From: Chloroflexota bacterium | GTDB taxonomy: Bacteria > Chloroflexota > UBA5177 | Direction of reading: 5' to 3' | Length of the DNA: 43,333 nt | Assembly: GCA_050695395.1 (NCBI GenBank) | Contig: JBOGSL010000155.1 | Span: 1-43,333, forward strand | In this document: positions 1 to 8,075 of the stretch, one piece after another | Position numbering within the stretch: the stretch's first letter is position 1 | Layout of the letters: each line of letters opens with the position of its first letter | Notes under the pieces: generated by a model | The model's database searches: none | The model's input: only the letters and a program-made list of their open reading frames with translations | What the model was told of the DNA's origin: nothing | Position numbers and translations under genes: made by a program

Positions 1-27
1 GTGCAGAGGAACAGCGTTCCTCTGCAC
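1..27 (-). terminator. Perfect 12-bp stem / 3-nt loop hairpin just downstream of the chaplin-like gene; candidate intrinsic terminator (any U-tract would lie outside the window)
   Basis: GTGCAGAGGAAC-AGC-GTTCCTCTGCAC read directly. The minus-strand stop TAA is at 45-43, 15 nt before the hairpin. Confidence 0.4.
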
Positions 28-42
28 GGCCTCTCAATCCGG

Positions 43-2481
43 TTATCGACGCATGAATTGCCTCACTATTCCCAGCCCGATCAACAGGAGACCGGAGCCG
101 ATAGGCAGGAGCGGTAACCCAGGCGAAGGTGCTCCGTCACCGCCGCCTGCGTGCGGCAGGCCCGAAAGCCGCGCCGCACTCGCAGCGCCGTTCTTCGTTA
201 CCTGAGCTCTCCGACCCAGCACTCCACGTACTGCGTGGCGGACTGCTCGACGCGTCGTCTGCCGCGCTCCCAGAACCTGGGCGTGGGGGGACGTCGAGAC
301 GAGGGTCACGGTCCCCGGGGAGGAGCTCCGTGTGCTCGACGGCGGGGTCGCGTGGGTAGACCCGACGATGGGGCTCGGGCTCGTGCTTGTCGTGCCGCGT
401 CCGCGGCCAACGGGCGCGCTCAGGCTGCTGACAGGCAAGATGCGGCTTGCCCGGGGCATCACCAGCTGGTTGTAATGAAGGGTCGTTGCGGTCGAGACGG
501 TCCCGCCGTTGCTGGTCGAGGCCGTGGTACCGCTTGTGAAACCGCCGCTGGACCCGGATCCACTGCCGCCGGGTCCATTACCGTTGCCGCCGGAACCATT
601 CCCATTGCCGCCTGATCCATTTCCTCCGCTCGTGGATCCTCCGGTGCCGCTCGTCGAGCCGCATGTGTTCTGCTGTGTGCCGCCCGCCAGCACCGCGGCA
701 TTGACGCCACACACCACAACCGGCGGATTTCCGGCGTTCACCGGTACCGAGATTACGCTGCCGCCGCCGCTATTCCCCCCGGTCGACCCGGACGTGCCCG
801 ACGTCTGACGCGCTGGCGCACATCCATTCGATTGGCTGCTTACGCCGCCGATGGCGCCGTTCACACCGCACACCGTCACGCCGGGGTTGCCCGCGTTGAT
901 CGGCGCGGAGATCACGGATCCGTTGAGCGTCGACGAACCGTTTCCGCTGCTGGACGAGCCGCTACTCTGAGTGACGGGCGCGCAGCCGTTTGATTGGCTG
1001 CTTGCCCCGCCGACCGCGGCATTGACGCCACACGCCGTCACGCCGGGGTTGCCGGCGTTAATCGGCGCGGAGATCAAGGATCCGTTGCCCGTCGACGAAC
1101 CGTTTCCGCTGTTGGACGAGCCGCTACTCTGAGTGGCAGTTGCGCAGCCGTTTGATTGGCTGCTTGCTCCCAGCGCACTTCCGTTGATGCCGCAGACCGC
1201 GGCGTTCGGATTACCCGCGTTCACCGGGATCGACGCGATGCCGTGCCCGCTTGATGGTGATCCGGCGCTGCTCGTGCCGCTCTGGTTGGTCGTCGCGCAC
1301 GTGTTGGCTTGGCTGCTCGCGCCGAGGACGCTGCCGTTAGCCCCGCACACCACCGCGTTCCCGTTGACCGCATTGATCGGTGCCGAGATTGTGCTGCCGC
1401 GTGACGAGGTCGATCCTGACGTCGCCGACCCCGCGTTTGCCTGGCTGTGCTGACTGCCGGTCGCACAACTGTTCGACTGATTTGAGAACCCGGCAACGGA
1501 CGCGTTGGCGCCGCACACAGCGGCATTCGGGTTCGCCGCGTTGACGGGGGCGGACACCAGGGACGCGCCGGCGCTGCTGCCGTTGGTGCCCGTGCTGCCG
1601 CTCGACTGATCATTTGCCGCACAACTGTTTGACTGCCCGGCCGCACCGCCCACGTTGGCATTGACGCCACAGACGCTCACATTGGGATTGACGGCGTTGA
1701 TCGGCGCCGAAACGACGTTCCCTGACTCGCCGTTTCCGCTGCTGCTGCTGCTGCCGGAACTCTGATTCGTCGAGGCCCCGGTGTTTGACTGAGAGGTCTG
1801 GGCGCCCGCGTTGACGTTCGCTCCTCCGGCGTAGACGTTCGGAGAAGCGGCGTTGGCAGGGGTCGTGACCGAAGGCTGGTTGGTAGAAGACCCGCTCTGA
1901 CTGCCGCTTGCCTGGATGGCAGGCGCGCAGCCGTTCGTTTGGGTGCCGGATCCTACCGCGCTGACGTTGGCCCCGCACACGTTGACATTGGCGTTGCCGC
2001 TGTTGACGGGAGCGGACGCGGTCGATGGGCCCGGCGATGCCGAGCCCGAGCTCGATCCGCTTGTCTGGGAGCTAGGAGCGCAGCCGTTCGTCTGGCCGGC
2101 GCTGCCGCCAACATTGGCGTTGACGCCGCACACGGTCACGCTCGGATTAGCCGCGTTCACGGGAGCCGAGACGAGCGCGTTTCCGCCGCCGTTGCTCGCG
2201 CTCGAGCTCTGGCTGGAAGGTGCGCACTGCTGACTCTGCGCCGACGTGCCGCCAACATTAGCGTTGACGCCGCACACCGTCACGTTGGGATTGGCGCCGT
2301 TGACCGGCGCGGAGACCACGGATCCGGATCCGTTGGCTGCTGCTGATGTAGTGACCTGCGCCGCGTGCCCGATGCCATCCGCGAAGGCGGAGTGGCCGAG
2401 CAGAACGGTGGCGATCACGGTACCGATCACGGCGACGGCAAGTCGCAGGAACAACGAGATCGGCAAACGTTGACGTTGCAT
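43..2481 (-). CDS. Secreted cell-surface protein with 11 tandem chaplin-like (two-Cys) repeats, a Gly/Ser/Asn spacer, a basic Ser/Thr/Pro linker and a sortase-type C-terminal signal (LPHAG + TM + RQFMRR)
   Basis: The ORF runs to a GTG at 2505. I prefer the ATG at 2481, which is preceded by GGAGGA. The signal peptide reads MQRQRLPISLFLRLAVAVIGTVIATVLLGHSAFA. The repeated unit is xSAPVNAxNPxVxVCGxNxxVGGxxxQxNxC. Every Cys of the protein (20) lies in these units. Confidence 0.9.
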   Translation of the reverse strand: MQRQRLPISLFLRLAVAVIGTVIATVLLGHSAFADGIGHAAQVTTSAAANGSGSVVSAPVNGANPNVTVCGVNANVGGTSAQSQQCAPSSQSSSASNGGGNALVSAPVNAANPSVTVCGVNANVGGSAGQTNGCAPSSQTSGSSSGSASPGPSTASAPVNSGNANVNVCGANVSAVGSGTQTNGCAPAIQASGSQSGSSTNQPSVTTPANAASPNVYAGGANVNAGAQTSQSNTGASTNQSSGSSSSSGNGESGNVVSAPINAVNPNVSVCGVNANVGGAAGQSNSCAANDQSSGSTGTNGSSAGASLVSAPVNAANPNAAVCGANASVAGFSNQSNSCATGSQHSQANAGSATSGSTSSRGSTISAPINAVNGNAVVCGANGSVLGASSQANTCATTNQSGTSSAGSPSSGHGIASIPVNAGNPNAAVCGINGSALGASSQSNGCATATQSSGSSNSGNGSSTGNGSLISAPINAGNPGVTACGVNAAVGGASSQSNGCAPVTQSSGSSSSGNGSSTLNGSVISAPINAGNPGVTVCGVNGAIGGVSSQSNGCAPARQTSGTSGSTGGNSGGGSVISVPVNAGNPPVVVCGVNAAVLAGGTQQNTCGSTSGTGGSTSGGNGSGGNGNGSGGNGNGPGGSGSGSSGGFTSGTTASTSNGGTVSTATTLHYNQLVMPRASRILPVSSLSAPVGRGRGTTSTSPSPIVGSTHATPPSSTRSSSPGTVTLVSTSPHAQVLGARQTTRRAVRHAVRGVLGRRAQVTKNGAASAARLSGLPHAGGGDGAPSPGLPLLPIGSGLLLIGLGIVRQFMRR
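590..2320 (-). repeat. In-frame tandem coding repeats (about 50-53 codons each, 11 units, unit 4 degenerate and Cys-free) inside the chaplin-like gene
   Basis: The periodic VCG...C motif is seen in the translated ORF. Coordinates are approximate, derived from residues about 63-640. Confidence 0.8.
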
Positions 2482-2499
2482 GATTCCTCCTCGAGTGGT

Positions 2500-2517
2500 C
2501 GACACACGAGTGTGTCG
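2500..2517. promoter_or_regulatory. Perfect 8+8 inverted repeat CGACACAC-GA-GTGTGTCG, 19-36 nt upstream of the preferred ATG of the chaplin-like gene; candidate operator or leader hairpin
   Basis: Read directly from the sequence. It lies in the 93-bp gap between the two surface-protein genes. Confidence 0.2.
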
Positions 2518-2574
2518 CCGGTTCGCTAGGGTCGCGTTGCCCTCGCGAAGGCGTGAGCCCTCACGAGCGCGACC

Positions 2575-3972
2575 TCAGCCGGGAGGAACCGGGTTTGAGA
2601 GAGTGACCCCTACGGGGATCAGGACGCGGCGCCTCCGGACGGCGAACCAGACCTCGAGCAGGAGTATGCCCAGCGTCAGGAGCAGGGCACCGGCCGAGGC
2701 GCCGGAGACGAACGAGAGACCTGTTGATAGAGCGCCGCCGGGACCGTTGGCGAGTGGCGACGGCAGATATGGAACAGCAGGCGAAGCCGGTGATCCGCGA
2801 TGAGAGTCAGCGGAGGCGCCACGACCCGATGTCGCCACAAGAGCGCTCGACTCTGCCGCACGGTTCTCCGAGAACGGAGCGACGACAGAAACGAGGGCCC
2901 TCGGGAATCGCGACAGGTTCGCGGAGACCACTGGGCCGTTCGCGGGCACATTCTTGGTGGCCGACGAGTGCAGCGGGCGATCTGCCAAGCTCGCGTATCG
3001 CGCTGCATGCCCCGCTGAGCCGCCCACGGTCTGTGCTCTACGTGTCTCGGGGAAGATCGTTCGCTGGACCGTCGCCTGACGGCTAGCCCGGGCGGACCTA
3101 TGAACGGGGCCGGCCGGCCGTCGCGCGATCGGTGAGTTGTTCCGGTACGAGTTCGTGGTGCTGATCGGCCGCTTGCTGCCCTCCGCTACCGCGCGTTGGG
3201 CCGGATCTCCGCGCCCGACAGTAGAAAGAGGCGAACGGTCGGAGGCACGTGACCGTTGAATCGTCCGAGTGCGGGCCGGCGAGGTCGATCGCGGCGAGGT
3301 GCCCGGCCTGGAGGCAGGCGAAGAGCGGACCAAGGTCGCTCTGGCGTTTGTGATTCTGCCGGATGCGGTCTGTGCCGGTTCGCTCGCCGTCCGGGCCGTC
3401 GTGCTCACGACCGAGGAAGCGGTCGACGTTGCCGTGCCGGCGGTGCTGCTCGCCGCTTGACCTGCTTGGCTCGCCGCGGCGCTTCCGGTAGCGACAGTTC
3501 CGGTTACGGCGTTCGTCGCTGAATTGACGGTAGTTTGGGCAGAGCCCGCGACCGGGGCTGCCGCTTGGGTTGCGCTGGTCGTGGTCTGGTTGACGGTTGC
3601 GGCCGTCGTTCCCGTCGTCGCTTTCACGGTACTTGTGGTGGTGTCGACTGTCTGATGGGCGGTAGTCGAGACACTGGAGGTGGATGATGTCACGGTCCGA
3701 GTGGCCGAGGACGTGGTCTTGCCGGTGGTGGCCGACGCGCCGTTGATGGTTGACGACGCCGTGGCGGTTGCGCCTTTGACGGTCGAGCTTGTCGCCGAGG
3801 TGGCCTTGCTTGTGGTGGACGACGCGGCGTTACCGACCGCGGTGGTCACGGGCGCTAGTGGGGGCGAGGCCGCGAAGGCCCGCTGCGAGCCAAATAGCAC
3901 GACAAGAATGACGCTCGCGAGGATTGCGGCCGCGAGGCCCATCAGTCGACCTATGGTTTGTGCTGTGTTCAT
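2575..3972 (-). CDS. Secreted Thr/Ser/Ala-rich low-complexity surface protein with a basic Pro/Arg/Ser linker and a C-terminal TM helix followed by RRRR
   Basis: The ORF is 2575-4005 with a GTG at 4005. The ATG at 3972 gives the signal-like N-terminus MNTAQTIGRLMGLAAAILASVILVVLFGSQRAFA. A long T/S/A-rich tract follows. The C-terminus reads LANGPGGALSTGLSFVSGASAGALLLTLGILLLEVWFAVRRRR. The start is uncertain. Confidence 0.7.
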   Translation of the reverse strand: MNTAQTIGRLMGLAAAILASVILVVLFGSQRAFAASPPLAPVTTAVGNAASSTTSKATSATSSTVKGATATASSTINGASATTGKTTSSATRTVTSSTSSVSTTAHQTVDTTTSTVKATTGTTAATVNQTTTSATQAAAPVAGSAQTTVNSATNAVTGTVATGSAAASQAGQAASSTAGTATSTASSVVSTTARTASEPAQTASGRITNARATLVRSSPASRPGTSPRSTSPARTRTIQRSRASDRSPLSTVGRGDPAQRAVAEGSKRPISTTNSYRNNSPIARRPAGPVHRSARASRQATVQRTIFPETRRAQTVGGSAGHAARYASLADRPLHSSATKNVPANGPVVSANLSRFPRALVSVVAPFSENRAAESSALVATSGRGASADSHRGSPASPAVPYLPSPLANGPGGALSTGLSFVSGASAGALLLTLGILLLEVWFAVRRRRVLIPVGVTLSNPVPPG

Positions 3973-4131
3973 GGTTGTCGAGGGAAGGCCTGTTCCCACC
4001 TCCACACTTCCAATCTAGACTCGCGTTTGTCGAAAAATCAGCGGCACGGGGTTACGGTTGGGTTTCGAATCGCGGATGGTAGAAACGCGTTGCAGAGCCG
4101 CTGGCTCATCCCGGCGGGCTAAGATTGGCGT

Positions 4132-4614
4132 GTGAACTGGGTCGATATTGCCATCGTGGTGCTCCTCGCGCTTGATGTTCTGTACGGGCTGCACCGTGGC
4201 TTCATTCTCGAGGTGGCCACGATTATCGGTGTGCTCGCTGCCCTAGCCGTGGCCAAGGCGGACTACTCGGTAGTGCGCAACCTGCTCGATCCGCTGGTTC
4301 ACGGGCACCCACACTGGCTCACCGTAGTCTCGTATCTCATAGTCTTTGTGGTGGTCTGGGCCGCCATCCTGGTGGTGGCGGGCAGGATTCGCAGCCTGAT
4401 CCATCTGCTCTTTCTGGGCTGGCTCGATCGGCTGGCCGGTGGCTTCGTGGGCCTGATCCAGGGACTGATACTGGTCGTCGTTTTGCTCGGCCTGGCCAAA
4501 CACTATCCCAACCACACCTTGCGTCACGCCCTGCATCACTCTCAGCTAGCCTCGAGCCTTGGTCGAGCCGGACCCTACGTGGATCACCTCTTGCCCCACG
4601 CCCAGTATTACTAA
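4132..4614 (+). CDS. cvpA: CvpA family (colicin V production) integral membrane protein
   Basis: GTG start. The N-terminus MNWVDIAIVVLLALDVLYGLHRGFILEVATIIG is typical of CvpA. About four TM segments. Confidence 0.75.
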   Translation: MNWVDIAIVVLLALDVLYGLHRGFILEVATIIGVLAALAVAKADYSVVRNLLDPLVHGHPHWLTVVSYLIVFVVVWAAILVVAGRIRSLIHLLFLGWLDRLAGGFVGLIQGLILVVVLLGLAKHYPNHTLRHALHHSQLASSLGRAGPYVDHLLPHAQYY

Positions 4615-4626
4615 ACGGGGGTAGTT

Positions 4627-5556
4627 GTGGGCCGGATCGTCTTACTCTTCCTGATCACCAGCATAGCCGGATGCGCCTCGACGTCCGTGCCCGCGGCTAC
4701 GTCGATTCCCACGCTTGCTTCCCGGGCCAACGGCTCGGCACCTACGCCGCCGCCCACTCCCAGCGGGACTCGTCCCGACGGCGCGATCTATCTCTACTAC
4801 AACCTCATCAGCCAGCGGCGCTACCAGCAGGCCTACCGGCAACTGGACACCGGGGGACGGCCGGCGTTCGGGAATTGGCTGGAAGGATACGGTAAGACCG
4901 CCGAGATCGCCGTGTCGCATCTACAAGAGGCCTCGTATCGATTCCGCGACGGAAGTACCTTCACCTGTGCCGGCGTTTCTCTCATCTCGCGACAGCGAAA
5001 CGGCAACATTCAATCGTTTGGCGGTTGGTACATGCTTCGAAAGGTAGGAGCCGGCCACTGGCTGATCGACCTGGCAGGCAGCGACATCGGGCCGGGCGCA
5101 AAGATCCATGTTCCCTCCAGCGATGCCTGCCGGAGTGGTGTCTCGCACACGTCCAGTGCCTGTGCGCCTAACGCCCTGCGCCTCAGCGCGACGTGGCAAG
5201 GGGCGAGCGGCCCTTTGGTGGGCGAAGCCCGGCTCAGGAATGTCGGCCGGAAGACGTGCGTTCTGGCAGGCCTCCCGGTGGTGAGTCTCATCGATGCGCA
5301 TGGCCGCTATCTCCGGGTTTTGGACACGGCGATCGGTCTCCCCCCGGAACGTGAGTTGCGCCTCGCGCCCGGCCACCGTGCCGGCACCCATCTTGAATGG
5401 TCCAACTGGTGCCAAGGCAAAGTTGCCACGCCGATCACCCTTCAGATCGAGCTCCCGTCTAATCAGGGAGGTCTTACGTCTCAGGTTGGCGTAAGAACGC
5501 CACGCTGCGACTCATCCTCTCGCCCCTCGACCTTGCAGGTTGGCTTGCTGAGCTAG
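4627..5556 (+). CDS. Lipoprotein with a C-terminal DUF4232-like domain
   Basis: Lipobox LITSIAGC near the N-terminus. The C-terminal half (CAPNALRLSATWQGASG...LRNVGRKTCVLAGLPVVSLIDAHG...HLEWSNWC) fits the DUF4232 Cys pattern. Confidence 0.7.
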   Translation: MGRIVLLFLITSIAGCASTSVPAATSIPTLASRANGSAPTPPPTPSGTRPDGAIYLYYNLISQRRYQQAYRQLDTGGRPAFGNWLEGYGKTAEIAVSHLQEASYRFRDGSTFTCAGVSLISRQRNGNIQSFGGWYMLRKVGAGHWLIDLAGSDIGPGAKIHVPSSDACRSGVSHTSSACAPNALRLSATWQGASGPLVGEARLRNVGRKTCVLAGLPVVSLIDAHGRYLRVLDTAIGLPPERELRLAPGHRAGTHLEWSNWCQGKVATPITLQIELPSNQGGLTSQVGVRTPRCDSSSRPSTLQVGLLS

Positions 5557-7002
5557 TTATTCCGATTCCCGTAGATGCTGCATCCGGTCGGGCAGCACCA
5601 GATCGAGCAGCGTCCGAATCACCAGCGCCGTCACGATGGCGGCGATGAAGCCAAGATCCACTCCCACGCTCGTGCCAAGCAGACCCTGACCGAGCTTGCC
5701 CCAATCCACTTGGGGTAGAGGATACATGCCGAACCAGGCGGCGACGAGGGCAGCTAGCAGCGCGATAGTGGGTCCAAACCCGGCGGGCAAGGAGGAGCGC
5801 CTGTCCCAGTCCCGGGGATCGTAGTGGCCGCCTCGCTTGAAGAAGTTGTACAGGATCAGTACGAACCAGGCGCCCACCCAGTAGGACAGCAGCAGCAGAA
5901 ACGCCTGAAACTTATCTGCGAAATTCTGCAGAAAGAGGATGGCCGCGATCGCGCTGAGCGCCCCTCCGGCAAGCGTCACCGCCCAGCGGGGCACGTGCAA
6001 GCCGGCGGCCTGGACGGATAGACCGCCCGTGTAATCATTGGGAATGTTGTTGGAGACCGTGCTCAGTCCGATGATGAGCACGCCGGCAACCACCCAGCCG
6101 TTGTTACCCAAAACCGCTGGGACACCGTGCACAACGTTCGTCGCCGCGGTCACCTTGAAGGCGGTGGTGGTGAGCAGCGCTCCCAGCGACTCGACCCAGA
6201 CAGCGGAGAGCGTCAACCCCAGGAAACTGCTGACGAACACCGCGGGCAGAGAGATCGTGCTGGGCAGCTTGCGGCTGTAATCGGAGACATAGGTGATCCA
6301 GCCGATTCCGAAACCGAACGAAGTGAGCACCATCCCGAGCCAGTTCTTCCAGAAAGCTCCGCCTGATGTGCTGCTGGCCCCCGCGTTCGGATGGTGCGAG
6401 AGGACGGCTATGGTGATGATGGCGAAGATAAGGATGGTGAGGTAGGTCGACCACTTCTCCCAATGGAGGACCAGGTTGTAGCCGATCACGCTCACCGTCG
6501 TGGTAATGGCGGCGATCACGATGATCCATAACGTGTACGATCCCTTTCCAGGTCCAAGAGCGCTCAGTCCGAGGAGCAGGAAAGCCAGCTGAACCGCGGC
6601 GACACCGGTGACCAGATTCACGGCGCTCCAGGAATAGGTATAGAGCGCGTTGAAGAATCCGATGATGCGACCGACGGTGTAGCCGAAGGTGAAGCGGGAG
6701 AACAGGATCTGGACCATGCCGGTTCGAGGACCGAACGTCGAGGCAAACCCCAGGCCGAGTGCCGCGATGATCGTGCCGACCGCGATGGCGCTGAGCGTCG
6801 CCCAGAAGCTCAGGCCGAATGCTACCGGGCCGAGGAACCCGACGAAGAGGGAAGACACTACCGCGTTGGCCCCGAACCAGACGCGGAACTGGCTGGCGGC
6901 GCTGCCGTAGCGAATGTCGACGGGAACCGGCTGTCTGCCACGCCGCTCGAAAAGCCGGTGCTCGGCTTCCTCCGCCGACAGCGGAGTCGCTTCGGCGCTC
7001 AC
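5557..7002 (-). CDS. NCS1 family nucleobase (purine-cytosine/allantoin-type) permease
   Basis: Polytopic membrane protein with a CodB-like segment FRVWFGANAVVSSLFVGFLGP...FGPRTGMVQILFSRFTFGY. The start is trimmed from 7158 to the GTG at 7002, which has AAGGAG 5 nt upstream. This removes the overlap with the upstream gene. Confidence 0.8.
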   Translation of the reverse strand: MSAEATPLSAEEAEHRLFERRGRQPVPVDIRYGSAASQFRVWFGANAVVSSLFVGFLGPVAFGLSFWATLSAIAVGTIIAALGLGFASTFGPRTGMVQILFSRFTFGYTVGRIIGFFNALYTYSWSAVNLVTGVAAVQLAFLLLGLSALGPGKGSYTLWIIVIAAITTTVSVIGYNLVLHWEKWSTYLTILIFAIITIAVLSHHPNAGASSTSGGAFWKNWLGMVLTSFGFGIGWITYVSDYSRKLPSTISLPAVFVSSFLGLTLSAVWVESLGALLTTTAFKVTAATNVVHGVPAVLGNNGWVVAGVLIIGLSTVSNNIPNDYTGGLSVQAAGLHVPRWAVTLAGGALSAIAAILFLQNFADKFQAFLLLLSYWVGAWFVLILYNFFKRGGHYDPRDWDRRSSLPAGFGPTIALLAALVAAWFGMYPLPQVDWGKLGQGLLGTSVGVDLGFIAAIVTALVIRTLLDLVLPDRMQHLRESE

Positions 7003-7039
7003 CGGCACTCCTTTCGCCTGAAAGTGTCCTCCAGTATTG

Positions 7040-8035
7040 TCACCAATCCGACCGGCAGTTCTCCATTCCAGCCTCCAGCCCCGCCCGCAACTCTGGGTCG
7101 TTCCCCAGCTCACCCCGACCGGGATTGTGATCCCTCCACGCGTACGCCAGAATGGCACTTGCCCCTCCCTTGCAGAACGCGGTTACTTGAGTTGCGAGGG
7201 CTGACCCTGTTTCCGGCGCCCAATCAACACCACCGGCATGAAGCGGCGTAAACGCCTGCGGGATCCCGACAAGCGGTTCCCGCTTGATGTTCCAGCCACG
7301 GCGCCGCAGGTACGCCTTCTCGTAGGGCAAGACGCGGTGCATGGTCCAGTCGACGGAGTGGACGCTGAACCAGGGGCTTTCGCCGTAGATGTACAGGGCT
7401 ACCATATCGCAGCCGCGGGGAGTGAAGTTCGCCATGGCCTGCTTGAAGGGACCGTCGATCGACTGCCAGCGCGCGTGTGGGCCCGAGCGGTAGTCGAGAT
7501 TACCCGTGAACCCGCAGATCATCGGCCGGTTCACTCCTGCTTTCCGATTTGCCTGCGTTACGAGAACATGAATTCGGTCGAGGGTGTGGCGCACATCACC
7601 ACCCGGATAATCATCGAGCACCCAGAAGCCCGCTACCGCCGACTGGCGCGCGATTCGGGCCAGATGATCGCGTGTCTCGCGCTCGATCCTTCGTTCGAGC
7701 CCCGGCGATATGACGCAACGCTGATGCGTCTTGAAGCTGATCTGGCAGGCCTGGGAGATGTAGTCCCAGAAGCTCTCGTCCAGCATGTGAAGCCCGTCCG
7801 CTGCCATCTTGGCGGGCACGTTTCCTACCTGGTATGGGTACGACATCTGGTCGAGTCCGATACCGTGCTTACCTGCCGCACGAACGTCGGGAAGCGCGTT
7901 GTTGTTGAAGACGCCGACCTGGCCCTGGATTTCGGGCCACGTGAAGGGGCTGGTCGGGAAGAGAAGACGAGCGACGGCAAGGCCGACCAGCACGACCAGA
8001 ATGACGACGGCAACCAGAAACAGGCGATGGCGCAT
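7040..8035 (-). CDS. Hypothetical membrane-anchored protein (single N-terminal TM, extracytoplasmic domain of unknown family)
   Basis: 331-aa ORF with N-terminal MRHRLFLVAVVILVVLVGLAVARLLF. It is co-oriented with the permease and 37 nt upstream of it. No motif was recognised. Confidence 0.6.
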   Translation of the reverse strand: MRHRLFLVAVVILVVLVGLAVARLLFPTSPFTWPEIQGQVGVFNNNALPDVRAAGKHGIGLDQMSYPYQVGNVPAKMAADGLHMLDESFWDYISQACQISFKTHQRCVISPGLERRIERETRDHLARIARQSAVAGFWVLDDYPGGDVRHTLDRIHVLVTQANRKAGVNRPMICGFTGNLDYRSGPHARWQSIDGPFKQAMANFTPRGCDMVALYIYGESPWFSVHSVDWTMHRVLPYEKAYLRRRGWNIKREPLVGIPQAFTPLHAGGVDWAPETGSALATQVTAFCKGGASAILAYAWRDHNPGRGELGNDPELRAGLEAGMENCRSDW

Positions 8036-8075
8036 GGCGAGCCTATCTTATACTGGCGGGGATAAAGCGGGGAAG

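Noticed and set aside
129-2473. Multiple plus-strand ORFs (e.g. 509-808, 1133-1453, 1916-2233, 2246-2473) with Pro/Leu-rich translations, plus alternative minus-frame ORFs inside the chaplin-like gene
   Set aside because: They are mirror or shifted frames of a GC-rich repetitive gene. They have no start context, signal or motif. The 812-820 aa minus-strand ORF has a signal peptide, an SD site and a coherent Cys-repeat architecture.
7003-8075. 5' extensions of the permease ORF (to 7158) and the amidohydrolase ORF (from 7809), and the 275-aa plus ORF 7238-8065
   Set aside because: The extensions overlap neighbouring genes and lack family similarity. Internal starts with SD sites (7002 and 8076) give normal N-termini. 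ORF 7238-8065 is antisense to the 331-aa gene.
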